Virus record (IMG/VR): IMGVR_UViG_3300010383_000023
Location: 1 to 26,302 of that record
Source of the DNA: a virus
Taxonomy: Duplodnaviria; Caudoviricetes
Reading direction: 5' to 3' (one strand)
DNA length: 26,302 bases
Numbering within the stretch: the first letter of the stretch is position 1; every line of letters begins with the position of its first letter. The notes under the pieces were generated by a model, which saw only the letters and a list, made by a program, of their open reading frames with translations, had not been told where the DNA came from and did not search any database. A program made the position numbers and the translations under genes. This document shows positions 16,683 to 25,365 of this stretch, piece after piece.

Positions 16683-19678
16683 TGGGCGGCAAGACCACCT
16701 CGACCACGTCGCCGAAGCTCAATGGGCTGCAGGTGCAATCCTCGACCCTTGGCCTGCCGATCTCGCTGGGCTGGGGACGCGGCCGGATGAAGTGTAATCT
16801 GATGTGGTACGGCGCCTTCACCGCGATCGCGCACACGACCAGGACTGGCGGCGGCAAGGGCCTGGGCGGTGGGTCGAAGAACACGACCTATACCTACACC
16901 GCGTCGATCATGATGGGCATTTGCGAGGGCGGTGCCGGCGGCATCCGGGGCATTCGCACGACCTACAAGGACACGGCGGTGCTGACGTCGCTGTCGGCGG
17001 CCGGGTTGAGCCTGGCGACCGGCACGCCAACGCAACCGGTGTGGAGCTACCTGACCTCCAAAGTCCCGGCGCAGGCGATCCCCTATAGCGGGATCGCCTA
17101 TGTCTATGCCCAGGATTACGACCTGGCCGACAGCGCGACGCTGTCGAACCACAGTTTCGAAATCGACTTCGGCGTGCAGTTGAGCGGCGCGGCCAACGGC
17201 GATGCCGATCCCAAGGACATCATCACCGATTTCCTGACCAACCCAGATTACGGCGTACCGATGTGGGGCTCTGGCCTGATCGGCGACCTGTCCGACTATT
17301 CACTCTATTGCCGGGCCAACAACTTGCTGTTGTCTCCCGTGCTCGAATCGCAGTCGGCCGCGGCGTCGGCTCTGGAAGAATGGCTGACCGCGACGAACTC
17401 GGCCGCCTTCTGGTCCGAGGGCATGCTCAAGATCCGGCCCTATGGCGACGCGCCGGCATCCGGCAATGGCGTCAGCTGGAATCCGAACCTTGCGCCGGCC
17501 TATGACCTGACCGAGGACGATCTGATCGTCGACGACAGCGGCAACGCCGTGTCGATAGAGATCGTCGACCAGTCCGACGCCTATAACATCGTCCAGTTCG
17601 AATTCCTGGACCGCAGCCAGCAATATAATGTCGGCATCGCGACGGCGCAGGATCTGGACAATATCGTCACATTCGGGCGGCGGAAGCAGGATCCGACAAC
17701 CGTCCATTGCATTTGCGATGCGGACATCGCGCGCAAGGCGGTGCAGCTTTATGGGCAGCGGGTCCTCTACACGCGCGAGAAATACACGTTCAAGCTGCCG
17801 TGGAACTTCGCGTTGCTCGAGCCGACCGATCTCGTCACGCTGACGACGACCACCGATTCATTGCTGCTCGACCGCGCCCTGGTCCGGATCACCGAGATCG
17901 GGGAAGATGCCGACGGGTTGCTAGCAATTACGGCCGAAGGCGTTCCCATCGGGGTCGCGTCGGCGGCGCTCTATGCCTCGCACTCCGGTTCGGGCGGATA
18001 CAAGCCGAACAGCGACATCGCGCCGGGGTCGGTGTCGGCGCCCTGGCTGTTCATCGCGCCGGCGAGCCTCGCGGGGCTCGACGCGGAAGTTTGGGTGGCG
18101 GCAGCATCGACATCGCCCAACTGGGGCGGTTGTCAGGTCTGGATCAGCACCGACAACAGCAACTATGCGATGGTCGGCACGATCGATGGCCCTGCGCGCT
18201 ACGGCACGCTGACGGCGGCGCTGGCGGCGGGCGCCGACCCGGATATGACGAACATGCTGGCGGTCGATCTGTCGACCAGCCTGGGACAGCTCGACAGCGT
18301 CGGCATATCCGACCGCGACGCCGGGGCCACCTTGTGCATGGTCGGGGACGAGGTGCTGTCTTATCAGACGGCGACCCTGACCGCCGCCAATCGCTACACG
18401 CTGAGCCAGCTCCGTCGCGGCCAACGCGGTACGGGGTCCGGCGCGCATGCCAGCGGGACCAGTTTCGCCCGCATCGACGATGCGATCTTCAAGTTCGGCT
18501 ATGACGCCAGCAATGTCGGCGACACGATCTACGTCAAGCTGCCCTCGTTCAACGTCTATGGCCGTGGGCTCGAGGATCTGGCGAGCGCGACCGCTTATTC
18601 GATCGCGATCGGCTCGGCGCCGGCACGCGCCGCCTATCGCGACATCAAGTTCATGCGTTCCTATGCGCAGCCCCCGACGCCGAGCGGGGATAATCCCCCC
18701 GGCTGGTATGACGGCGTACCGGCCGGCGTGGCGACGATCTGGTCGAGCACGGCACTCAAGACCGCGAGCGGAACGGTGTTGGGCATCTGGACGGCGCCGC
18801 AATCGCTGTCCGGCCTGACGCCGCGCGGCGATTACGACAATGGCGCGACCTATTTCCTGAACAACAGCGTCGCCTATGGCGGCGGCAGCTATGTCGCGAC
18901 GCAGGATAACTTCAGCGGCCGCGTGCCGACCGGCACCGGCCAGGCCAATGCCTATTGGGACGTGCTCGCCGCGCCCGGCAGTGCGGGAGCCCCTGCAGTG
19001 CCGCCGGGAGCATTCAGCGCGACGATCAGCGTGCCGTCGGGATCGGCGGTCAACCTGCGCTCGCTGGCCGACGCAGCCGGCTACACCGGCAATTCGGATG
19101 CCACGGTGACGTTCAATGTCCCCAATGGAGTCAACGTCACCGGACTGGCGAGCGGCGGCATCGGCATCGACACCGGAAGCTGGCCGACCGCGTCCTATGC
19201 GATCGCACTGACGCTGGTCGTGCAGAGCGGCGGCATCGTCTATGGCGGCGGCGGCGACGGCGGTTCCGGGGGTGGTTCCGGCTTGTCGGGCGGCGACGCG
19301 ATCTACGTCCGCGTTCCGATGACTGGCGGCATCACGATCAATTCCGGCGGTACCGTCAAGGCCGGCGGCGGCGGCGGCGGTTCTGATTTCATGGCTTCGC
19401 CATATAAGCTGGGCAAAGGCGGCGGTGGCGGCGGCGCACCCAACGGCCGAGGCGGCGCGGGCAGCGACGGCAGCATCACCACCGGCACGGACGGTCAGGA
19501 CTGGGCGTCCGGCGGCGCAGGCGGGTCACCGGCCGGCGGCGCTGGTGGCAACTTCGCCACGGCCGGAACGGCCTCGACCGGCGGCATACCTGGCGGTGCT
19601 GCCGGCTACGCCGTCCGCAAGAACGGCAACACGGTTACTGTGACCAACAACGGCACCATGACCGGCACGGCGGCTTAG
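16679..19678 (+). CDS. Large tail tip / central fibre protein with C-terminal CBM-like and gp38-like glycine-rich domains
   Basis: ATGA overlap with NlpC/P60 (start 16679 or 16682). GLPISLGWG, YSGIAY and LSQLRRGQRGT motifs of GTA-like tip proteins, plus a polyglycine C-terminus. Confidence 0.85.
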   Translation: MMGGKTTSTTSPKLNGLQVQSSTLGLPISLGWGRGRMKCNLMWYGAFTAIAHTTRTGGGKGLGGGSKNTTYTYTASIMMGICEGGAGGIRGIRTTYKDTAVLTSLSAAGLSLATGTPTQPVWSYLTSKVPAQAIPYSGIAYVYAQDYDLADSATLSNHSFEIDFGVQLSGAANGDADPKDIITDFLTNPDYGVPMWGSGLIGDLSDYSLYCRANNLLLSPVLESQSAAASALEEWLTATNSAAFWSEGMLKIRPYGDAPASGNGVSWNPNLAPAYDLTEDDLIVDDSGNAVSIEIVDQSDAYNIVQFEFLDRSQQYNVGIATAQDLDNIVTFGRRKQDPTTVHCICDADIARKAVQLYGQRVLYTREKYTFKLPWNFALLEPTDLVTLTTTTDSLLLDRALVRITEIGEDADGLLAITAEGVPIGVASAALYASHSGSGGYKPNSDIAPGSVSAPWLFIAPASLAGLDAEVWVAAASTSPNWGGCQVWISTDNSNYAMVGTIDGPARYGTLTAALAAGADPDMTNMLAVDLSTSLGQLDSVGISDRDAGATLCMVGDEVLSYQTATLTAANRYTLSQLRRGQRGTGSGAHASGTSFARIDDAIFKFGYDASNVGDTIYVKLPSFNVYGRGLEDLASATAYSIAIGSAPARAAYRDIKFMRSYAQPPTPSGDNPPGWYDGVPAGVATIWSSTALKTASGTVLGIWTAPQSLSGLTPRGDYDNGATYFLNNSVAYGGGSYVATQDNFSGRVPTGTGQANAYWDVLAAPGSAGAPAVPPGAFSATISVPSGSAVNLRSLADAAGYTGNSDATVTFNVPNGVNVTGLASGGIGIDTGSWPTASYAIALTLVVQSGGIVYGGGGDGGSGGGSGLSGGDAIYVRVPMTGGITINSGGTVKAGGGGGGSDFMASPYKLGKGGGGGGAPNGRGGAGSDGSITTGTDGQDWASGGAGGSPAGGAGGNFATAGTASTGGIPGGAAGYAVRKNGNTVTVTNNGTMTGTAA

Positions 19679-19708
19679 CCCGCGTCTCATCCCTATCGGG
19701 GGTTCTAC

Positions 19709-21832
19709 ATGCAATATATGGAATTCTTCGCCACGCGCCACGACACCGGCTCGGCGATCCCCTATGCCAAGGTCAATGTCTATCTGACCGGCACGACCAC
19801 GCTGGCCGCGACCTTTGATATTGCAGGCGGCGGCCTCTCGAATCCGTTGACGGCGGATATCATCGGCAAAGTTGGTTTCGCGGTCGCTAATGGCGCCTAC
19901 GACCTCCAATGGACCTCGGCGGACGGGACGTACCTCTCGCCGGTGGTGCATGACGTTCAGTTCTATGACCTCACTCAACTCGACGCCAAGGTCGCCTCGG
20001 TCACCGCAGTTGCGACCGATCCGGGCTTCATCGCCGTCAAGACCGACATGGCGCTGGGCGCCGCCAGCAAGATTGCGACGGTCGCGGCCGACCTGTTGCT
20101 AGGTGCGGCGAGCAATATCGCGATCGTGGCGGCCGATCTCGCGCTTGGAGCATCGTCGGCTATTCGTCAGGCGATCTCAGCCGCGACTTCCGCAGCGGCG
20201 TCCGCGGCTGCTGCTGCCGCGAGCGCCGCGTCGATCGGGTGGCTGTTCAAGGGCCCGACCGGATTTTCGCTCACGGACGCTAGCGGCTATCGCTGGCTCA
20301 ATGTTACGCTTACCGACATCAAGCATGCCGCGATCGACTTGCTCAAGTCGCGCGCAGTGGCACTCGAGGCATATGCCGCCAAACTACCCCTCAACAACGT
20401 ACAAGGCCCTGCCGTTTGGGCTCTGACCGACTCCAATAATTATAACTGGCTCCGGGTGACACCGACGGTGATCCAGCACGCCACGATCAATGCTCAATCG
20501 CGTAATATCAACGCGGCGTTGCGCGGTGCGCCGGACCCCACCATCGCCGACATGAGGGTCATCGCCGAGCGGATCGGCCTTCATATGTCCGGCGAAAGCC
20601 TGTCACTCGGCCATGGGTCGGCGCCGCTCTACTCGACGACGCCCAGCACCTATTCTGACGTGTTCGGCAACGCGGGCTTAGTAAAGTCGAGCATAGTTCC
20701 GGACGACATCAGCGACATTTCCAGCTCGTCGGACCCCGACCTAATCGCGAACCGGGCGGCGCTCACGCCAGCCTTCGAAGCGATCTATGGCGTTGATGCA
20801 GACGACTGGACCAGCCACGGCGAAACGCCCCTGTCGGGCTGCGCTCAGATGATCGTCCAACTGCTCAAAGACGAGGACGGCATCGATTTCACTGGCGCCG
20901 GCATGAAATTCCTGTTGGCGGATGATGGCCGAAACGGCTCAAGCATCATCACCGAAGACGAGACGCTGACGGGTCTGACGGCCCAACGCGTCTACGCCAG
21001 CATGGGCCAGGCGCAGGCTCTCTATGCGGGGCTAGGCAAGTCATATGCTCCGGCAGCACAGATGCTGATGATCGGCACCAACGACAACGCTAACGATGCC
21101 TCGAACTACCCGATCGGAAACGAGAAGTGGTTCTATACCCGCGCGCAAAAGGTCCAGGCGCAGCGCCAAGCCAAGGCTCGGCTGATTGTCGGCGGAAGCT
21201 TTCGTCTTCCCTTGCTGCTCGGCCAAGTCGCAACGCATACGAGTCCGAGCTTTAGCGCACCCATCCCGCACGTCGCGCTGGATCAGGTTCAACTCGCGAT
21301 CGATCATCCCGAGTTCTTGTTGGCATGCATCCAGTACGCAGTGCGGAACAATCCGACCGATGTGCATCTGCATGGCGAAGGATCAAAGCACGCCGGCGCT
21401 TATTTCGGCTGGCACCTGAAACGCTTGCTCTTCGACGGCATCCGCGTCGGGCCGTTAGTCCCGACCTTCAGTGCGCAAGGGTCGCAGATCATCGCCACTT
21501 TTCCGGTGCGTCCAGGCCACAAGATGGCCGGCGCAATCGCGGCGACGGACACGACGGTCCTTTCCAATTGGGGCGTCGCCGCGGTCGATTCCGGCGGCGT
21601 AGCTAAAACCCTCAGCAATCCGCGCGTGGTGTCGCGCGACCGTATCGTGTGGGATGCGCCGGCTGCTCCCGCGAACACTTGGAAGTTCCGGTGCGGCTAT
21701 ACCGGAGACACGACCAAGGGTTGGACGAATATCGGCGAAACTCGCGCCGACGTCACGCTGATCTTCGACCCCTATTATCTGCGCCTGCCAATGTACCGTT
21801 GGCTCCCCATCTGTGAGGTCGCCCTGACATGA
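19709..21832 (+). CDS. Tailspike/tail fibre with an SGNH hydrolase (carbohydrate esterase-like) domain
   Basis: N-terminal virion-attachment-like domain (NPLTADIIGKVGFAVANGAYDL) and a repeat stalk, then SGNH blocks SGESLS, GRNGSS, IGTND and DVH. Confidence 0.75.
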   Translation: MQYMEFFATRHDTGSAIPYAKVNVYLTGTTTLAATFDIAGGGLSNPLTADIIGKVGFAVANGAYDLQWTSADGTYLSPVVHDVQFYDLTQLDAKVASVTAVATDPGFIAVKTDMALGAASKIATVAADLLLGAASNIAIVAADLALGASSAIRQAISAATSAAASAAAAAASAASIGWLFKGPTGFSLTDASGYRWLNVTLTDIKHAAIDLLKSRAVALEAYAAKLPLNNVQGPAVWALTDSNNYNWLRVTPTVIQHATINAQSRNINAALRGAPDPTIADMRVIAERIGLHMSGESLSLGHGSAPLYSTTPSTYSDVFGNAGLVKSSIVPDDISDISSSSDPDLIANRAALTPAFEAIYGVDADDWTSHGETPLSGCAQMIVQLLKDEDGIDFTGAGMKFLLADDGRNGSSIITEDETLTGLTAQRVYASMGQAQALYAGLGKSYAPAAQMLMIGTNDNANDASNYPIGNEKWFYTRAQKVQAQRQAKARLIVGGSFRLPLLLGQVATHTSPSFSAPIPHVALDQVQLAIDHPEFLLACIQYAVRNNPTDVHLHGEGSKHAGAYFGWHLKRLLFDGIRVGPLVPTFSAQGSQIIATFPVRPGHKMAGAIAATDTTVLSNWGVAAVDSGGVAKTLSNPRVVSRDRIVWDAPAAPANTWKFRCGYTGDTTKGWTNIGETRADVTLIFDPYYLRLPMYRWLPICEVALT
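20027..20161 (+). repeat. Three degenerate 15-aa (45-bp) tandem repeats in the tailspike stalk
   Basis: FIAVKTDMALGAASK / IATVAADLLLGAASN / IAIVAADLALGASSA. Confidence 0.8.
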
Positions 21833-22776
21833 GAGTAGCAATTCCTTTCTCCGGCATCGATGCTTCGGGCTTGGGCTACGGCCGCACGCGTTCGTGTCCT
21901 ACGTTTGGCGCAGGATATGCGGCCTACATGTTCGGCACGTCCCTCACGGACACGCCAACGACAAACCTGTTCACCGGCGCAAACGATGGGCGCTTGATTG
22001 GAGCGCCCAATACGTTCGGCTTGCTGGGTGGACCGCAGGCTACGAGTTTTACGGGGACGATCAGCGGCGGCAGTTTGCTGACCGTCACGGGCACAGTCTC
22101 TGGCGATCCCTTGGCGGTCGGTATGACGATCGAGCTGGCGACGACTGTCGGCGGAACTCAGGGCGTCATCGCGTCGCTAGGGACGGGCACCGGTGGCGCG
22201 GGCACCTATAATCTTGTCGCGGGCGCCACGAACGGGTCGGGGACCATGCGCGCCTATACGCGCTTCTTCGAAACCGCCGGACTTGCGCGCGATATCTTCA
22301 ACGTCGGCAGCGCGGTCACGCTGCTCGCCATTTATCAGGCTCCGGTCAATCAAGGGCTCATCTCTGACGACGTCACCGGCGGTTCGATGGGAATGCTCGT
22401 CAATGGTTCTGGAGAAATACAGACTTTCGGTCGGGACTCCGCTTCCGCCGTCGTCAACGTGACGACATCGTCCGGCTTCGCCAACGGATCTACCACTTGG
22501 ACGATGGGCGTGTCGGAATTCACGACGACGAGCGGCCAAGGATTTATTCAGCGGTCCGGACCCGCCCGCGTCGCATCTGCTGCCGCCGGCGCCCGAACCG
22601 CTAATCCTGTCGGCAGCACGACGAAGAAGTTGCGGACGCACTATTACAACAACGCGACGCCTTCCGCGCGCATTGCCGGGATCGCGATCTACACCAAGGC
22701 GCTTTCCAGCACCGATATGGACGACGCCTTCCTTTACTGGCGCGACCTTCTCGCCGACGTAAGCGCGACTTTGTGA
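21829..22776 (+). CDS. Putative tail-associated ConA/LamG-like lectin-fold protein
   Basis: ATGA overlap with the tailspike gene. T/G/S-rich beta sequence. C-terminal ARIAGIAIYTKALS resembles the LamG terminal strand. Confidence 0.55.
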   Translation: MRVAIPFSGIDASGLGYGRTRSCPTFGAGYAAYMFGTSLTDTPTTNLFTGANDGRLIGAPNTFGLLGGPQATSFTGTISGGSLLTVTGTVSGDPLAVGMTIELATTVGGTQGVIASLGTGTGGAGTYNLVAGATNGSGTMRAYTRFFETAGLARDIFNVGSAVTLLAIYQAPVNQGLISDDVTGGSMGMLVNGSGEIQTFGRDSASAVVNVTTSSGFANGSTTWTMGVSEFTTTSGQGFIQRSGPARVASAAAGARTANPVGSTTKKLRTHYYNNATPSARIAGIAIYTKALSSTDMDDAFLYWRDLLADVSATL

Positions 22777-22789
22777 CGACCGGCGAGAG

Positions 22790-23614
22790 TCACGCGTACC
22801 CATCAGGGATGATGAGATAATCCGCGATCGGCAGTTGCTCATCAGCATGATCGATCAGCTCAGTGCGATTGAGGAAAGCGCCCTTCCTGCTGGTAAAGCG
22901 CTTTAGGCGAAAACCCACTGGAATCAGATCTGCTAGCGCCGACCGTGTAGGGGTGTGCAGTGTGGTTTCACTGATCTCTACCCAGATGAGCGGGCGGTTG
23001 GCTTTGATTGTATTATGAAGGCCGCGCAGCACGTTCGGCTCAAATCCCTGGACGTCGATCTTGACGGCGTCGATCGCGACGCCGTCGAGCTTTTCATCGC
23101 CGATCGCGATGTGGGTGTTCAATGACCGGGGGTTGTCCAGTTCGCCGGGCAGGAAGGTCGACAGTCCATGGTTGTCGTTGACGAAGATGGGAAGGTCGGC
23201 CGCTTGGTCGCCTAAGCCGACCTTGTGCAACTCGATATTTGCCCACGGGTTGATCGCGATGTTGCGCTCGATCAAAGGCCAGATGTTCGGGTTTGGCTCG
23301 AACGAAATGACCCGGTCGAAATGCTTCGCGAACGCGAGAGCATGATTTCCGATATTGGCGCCGACATCAGCAATCGTCCCGCGACGCTTGGCCTGGGCGA
23401 GGAACGGCGCGATCTTATGCCAATCGTAGGCGCCATAGAGATATGCTTCGCGATCGATGGACGAGTTCAGATTGCCGGCGAAACGTGATCGCCCCCTGCC
23501 CGCCTCAAAGTCCACATCGTGCTTTGCGAGACGCGTTGCGATTGCCGGCCAGCCGCGCACGTGGCGCATGAACCCGAGCGATTTGGCGATGCGTGCGGAT
23601 ATCGGGATTGTCAT
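22790..23614 (-). CDS. FkbM-family SAM-dependent methyltransferase
   Basis: Motifs DVGANIGNH, SFEPNP and KIDVQGFEPNVLRG. Confidence 0.92.
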   Translation of the reverse strand: MTIPISARIAKSLGFMRHVRGWPAIATRLAKHDVDFEAGRGRSRFAGNLNSSIDREAYLYGAYDWHKIAPFLAQAKRRGTIADVGANIGNHALAFAKHFDRVISFEPNPNIWPLIERNIAINPWANIELHKVGLGDQAADLPIFVNDNHGLSTFLPGELDNPRSLNTHIAIGDEKLDGVAIDAVKIDVQGFEPNVLRGLHNTIKANRPLIWVEISETTLHTPTRSALADLIPVGFRLKRFTSRKGAFLNRTELIDHADEQLPIADYLIIPDGYA

Positions 23615-23648
23615 GGCGACTGCCTACCAGCGCAGTTGGGGTACGCAA
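23615..23648 (-). promoter_or_regulatory. Putative sigma70 promoter for leaderless FkbM mRNA
   Basis: Minus strand reads TTGCGT-N16-TAGGCA-N6-ATG, with an AT-rich tract upstream and no Shine-Dalgarno. Confidence 0.4.
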
Positions 23649-23661
23649 ATAAAATGTGCTG

Positions 23662-24735
23662 TCAGAGGGGCCTGTCGGCAACTTCCTCAAGAGCCGAGGG
23701 CTTCATCCGCACGCGTCCACGGATCCACTCGCGCGCCGGCTCTTCGAAATATTTGAAGACCGCGATCGATGCTGCCACGACAGCGACGTACTGCAGCGGC
23801 ACGAGCCACCTACCGGTGCCCAAAAGCCACTCAAGATAGAAGTGAATTGGTTGGTGAAGCAGATATAGCGAATAGCTTGCTGCACCGAGTAGGACGAGCG
23901 GTCGCCACTGAAGCGCTCGGGCAATCATCGACCCGCGATCTTCGGCGATAGCTGCGATCATGAGCGCAGCAAGCATTGTGACGACCGAAGCAACCCACAT
24001 CTCGTGGGATAGGCAGAGAATTGCAATCAGAACGACAATCGGGAGCCATGCAGGCACCGGAAAGGGCCGGCCTTCGCGCCGGAAGTGCAATTCTGCTACC
24101 AGCACGCCTATGATGAACTCAGGCAGGCGGACGACCGGGGTCGGAACCCAGCGGAGCCAATCGTAATAGGCGGGGTGCAGCGAAAAGAACGCCGAGCTGC
24201 CGGTCGCGAAATCGACGGCGGCCAGGATCGCAAGAAAAATCCAGATCGAACGACCGGACGCAGCCCCTGCGGCCCTGCTTAGCCACGGAAAACAGCAGTA
24301 GAAAAACGCCTCGACAGAGATGGTCCAAGACGGACCATTCCAAATGCCGAGGATGGCCGTCGGAGCCGTGATCCACCAGTGCAGCAGGAAAAATTGCGGC
24401 ACATCGCGCCAGTCGTAGTTCACTCCCGCAAACGGGAACATGATGAGCGTCGTGAGCAAGAATACCGGGTAGATTCGAGCAAAGCGCGCGGTGGCGAACT
24501 TCTTGACCCAGCCCGGTCCGACCAACTTACCCCGGTAATTCAGGTGCAGGATGAAACCGGAGAGCACGAAGAAGAACGTGACGCCGGTATAACCGTTCAA
24601 CAGGAACGATTTCACTAAGCCGGGTACGTGTGGCTGGGTCGAGATGAACGTCGATCCCGAGTGATACATCACCACGAACATAGCCGCGAAAAACCGGATG
24701 CTGGTTAGCGGCCTGATGAGCGTGCGGTCGGGCAT
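23662..24735 (-). CDS. Acyltransferase-3 (OafA/Oac-like) integral membrane O-acyltransferase
   Basis: Motifs LTSIRFFAAMFVVMYH, GVTFFFVLSGF, RFARIYP, WTISVEAFFY and SYSLYLLH. Multiple hydrophobic helices. ATG at 24735. Confidence 0.92.
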   Translation of the reverse strand: MPDRTLIRPLTSIRFFAAMFVVMYHSGSTFISTQPHVPGLVKSFLLNGYTGVTFFFVLSGFILHLNYRGKLVGPGWVKKFATARFARIYPVFLLTTLIMFPFAGVNYDWRDVPQFFLLHWWITAPTAILGIWNGPSWTISVEAFFYCCFPWLSRAAGAASGRSIWIFLAILAAVDFATGSSAFFSLHPAYYDWLRWVPTPVVRLPEFIIGVLVAELHFRREGRPFPVPAWLPIVVLIAILCLSHEMWVASVVTMLAALMIAAIAEDRGSMIARALQWRPLVLLGAASYSLYLLHQPIHFYLEWLLGTGRWLVPLQYVAVVAASIAVFKYFEEPAREWIRGRVRMKPSALEEVADRPL

Positions 24736-24818
24736 TGTGCCCGGCCCTAGACATTCCCGTGCCTCGGCGAAAGCTGCAAAGACATCTGCCAGCCCCCTCC
24801 CACCGCGAGTACCCCACC

Positions 24819-25085
24819 ATGTCCACCCCCGCCAAGCCTCCGCCAACCTGGCTGGCGTGGCTTCCCGTCGTCACGACGATCTTCCTGATCGCCGGCTTCC
24901 TTTGGGCAGGCGGCGGCAAGATGAATGAGTTGGCCGAGCACGAACGCCGTCTGGCTGCGCTGGAAACGCGCCGCGAGTCCGATGCGGACAAGCTCGACAA
25001 GATCAATGAGCGGACCGCGCGGATCGAGGCGAAGCTGGAGGTGCTCGTCCCCTCAGCCGGCCAAATCAGGACAGGACAACCTTGA
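24819..25085 (+). CDS. Small membrane protein (one TM plus coiled coil), lysis-cassette associated
   Basis: ATG at 24819. WLAWLPVVTTIFLIAGFLWA helix followed by a heptad-like charged region. Confidence 0.7.
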   Translation: MSTPAKPPPTWLAWLPVVTTIFLIAGFLWAGGGKMNELAEHERRLAALETRRESDADKLDKINERTARIEAKLEVLVPSAGQIRTGQP

Positions 25086-25333
25086 TGTTCGATCCAGGCA
25101 CTATGCTCATCCTCTTCGCGCTGGCGCTGATGACGGTGTCGCCGATCCATGCGACCTTTGCGCGGCCGCGGATCGGCATCGCTCAGGTCACGCCGATGTT
25201 GCGCGGATCCGTTCCGCCGCCGGCACCAGCGCCCGATCTCGACGAGCTGGTCCGGCTCGCCGACGATATCCTCGCCAGCGACGCTCTCATCCGTGCGACC
25301 GCGGCGATCGCCGAGGCCTACGACCAAGCCTGA
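25085..25333 (+). CDS. Small hypothetical protein with an N-terminal hydrophobic helix
   Basis: TGATG overlap, AGGA RBS and MLILFALALM segment. Confidence 0.6.
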   Translation: MFDPGTMLILFALALMTVSPIHATFARPRIGIAQVTPMLRGSVPPPAPAPDLDELVRLADDILASDALIRATAAIAEAYDQA

Positions 25334-25365
25334 CGTCCGCGGCGCTGCCGCAAGTGGAGGAAATA

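Noticed and set aside
144-18802. Long antisense ORFs (144..1208, 2078..3406, 4000..5571, 5866..6957, 11159..12352, 15016..16284, 17921..18802)
   Set aside because: They shadow well-supported genes and have R/G/A-rich, motif-free translations, as expected in high-GC DNA.
14732-19678. Calling the element an RcGTA-type gene transfer agent
   Set aside because: Only the tail tip is GTA-like. The 900-aa tape measure, 509-aa capsid, morons and linked lysis genes fit a prophage better, though domestication cannot be excluded from this window.
19709-22776. Diversity-generating retroelement or invertible fibre cassette
   Set aside because: No reverse transcriptase, recombinase, template/variable repeat pair or flanking inverted repeats seen.
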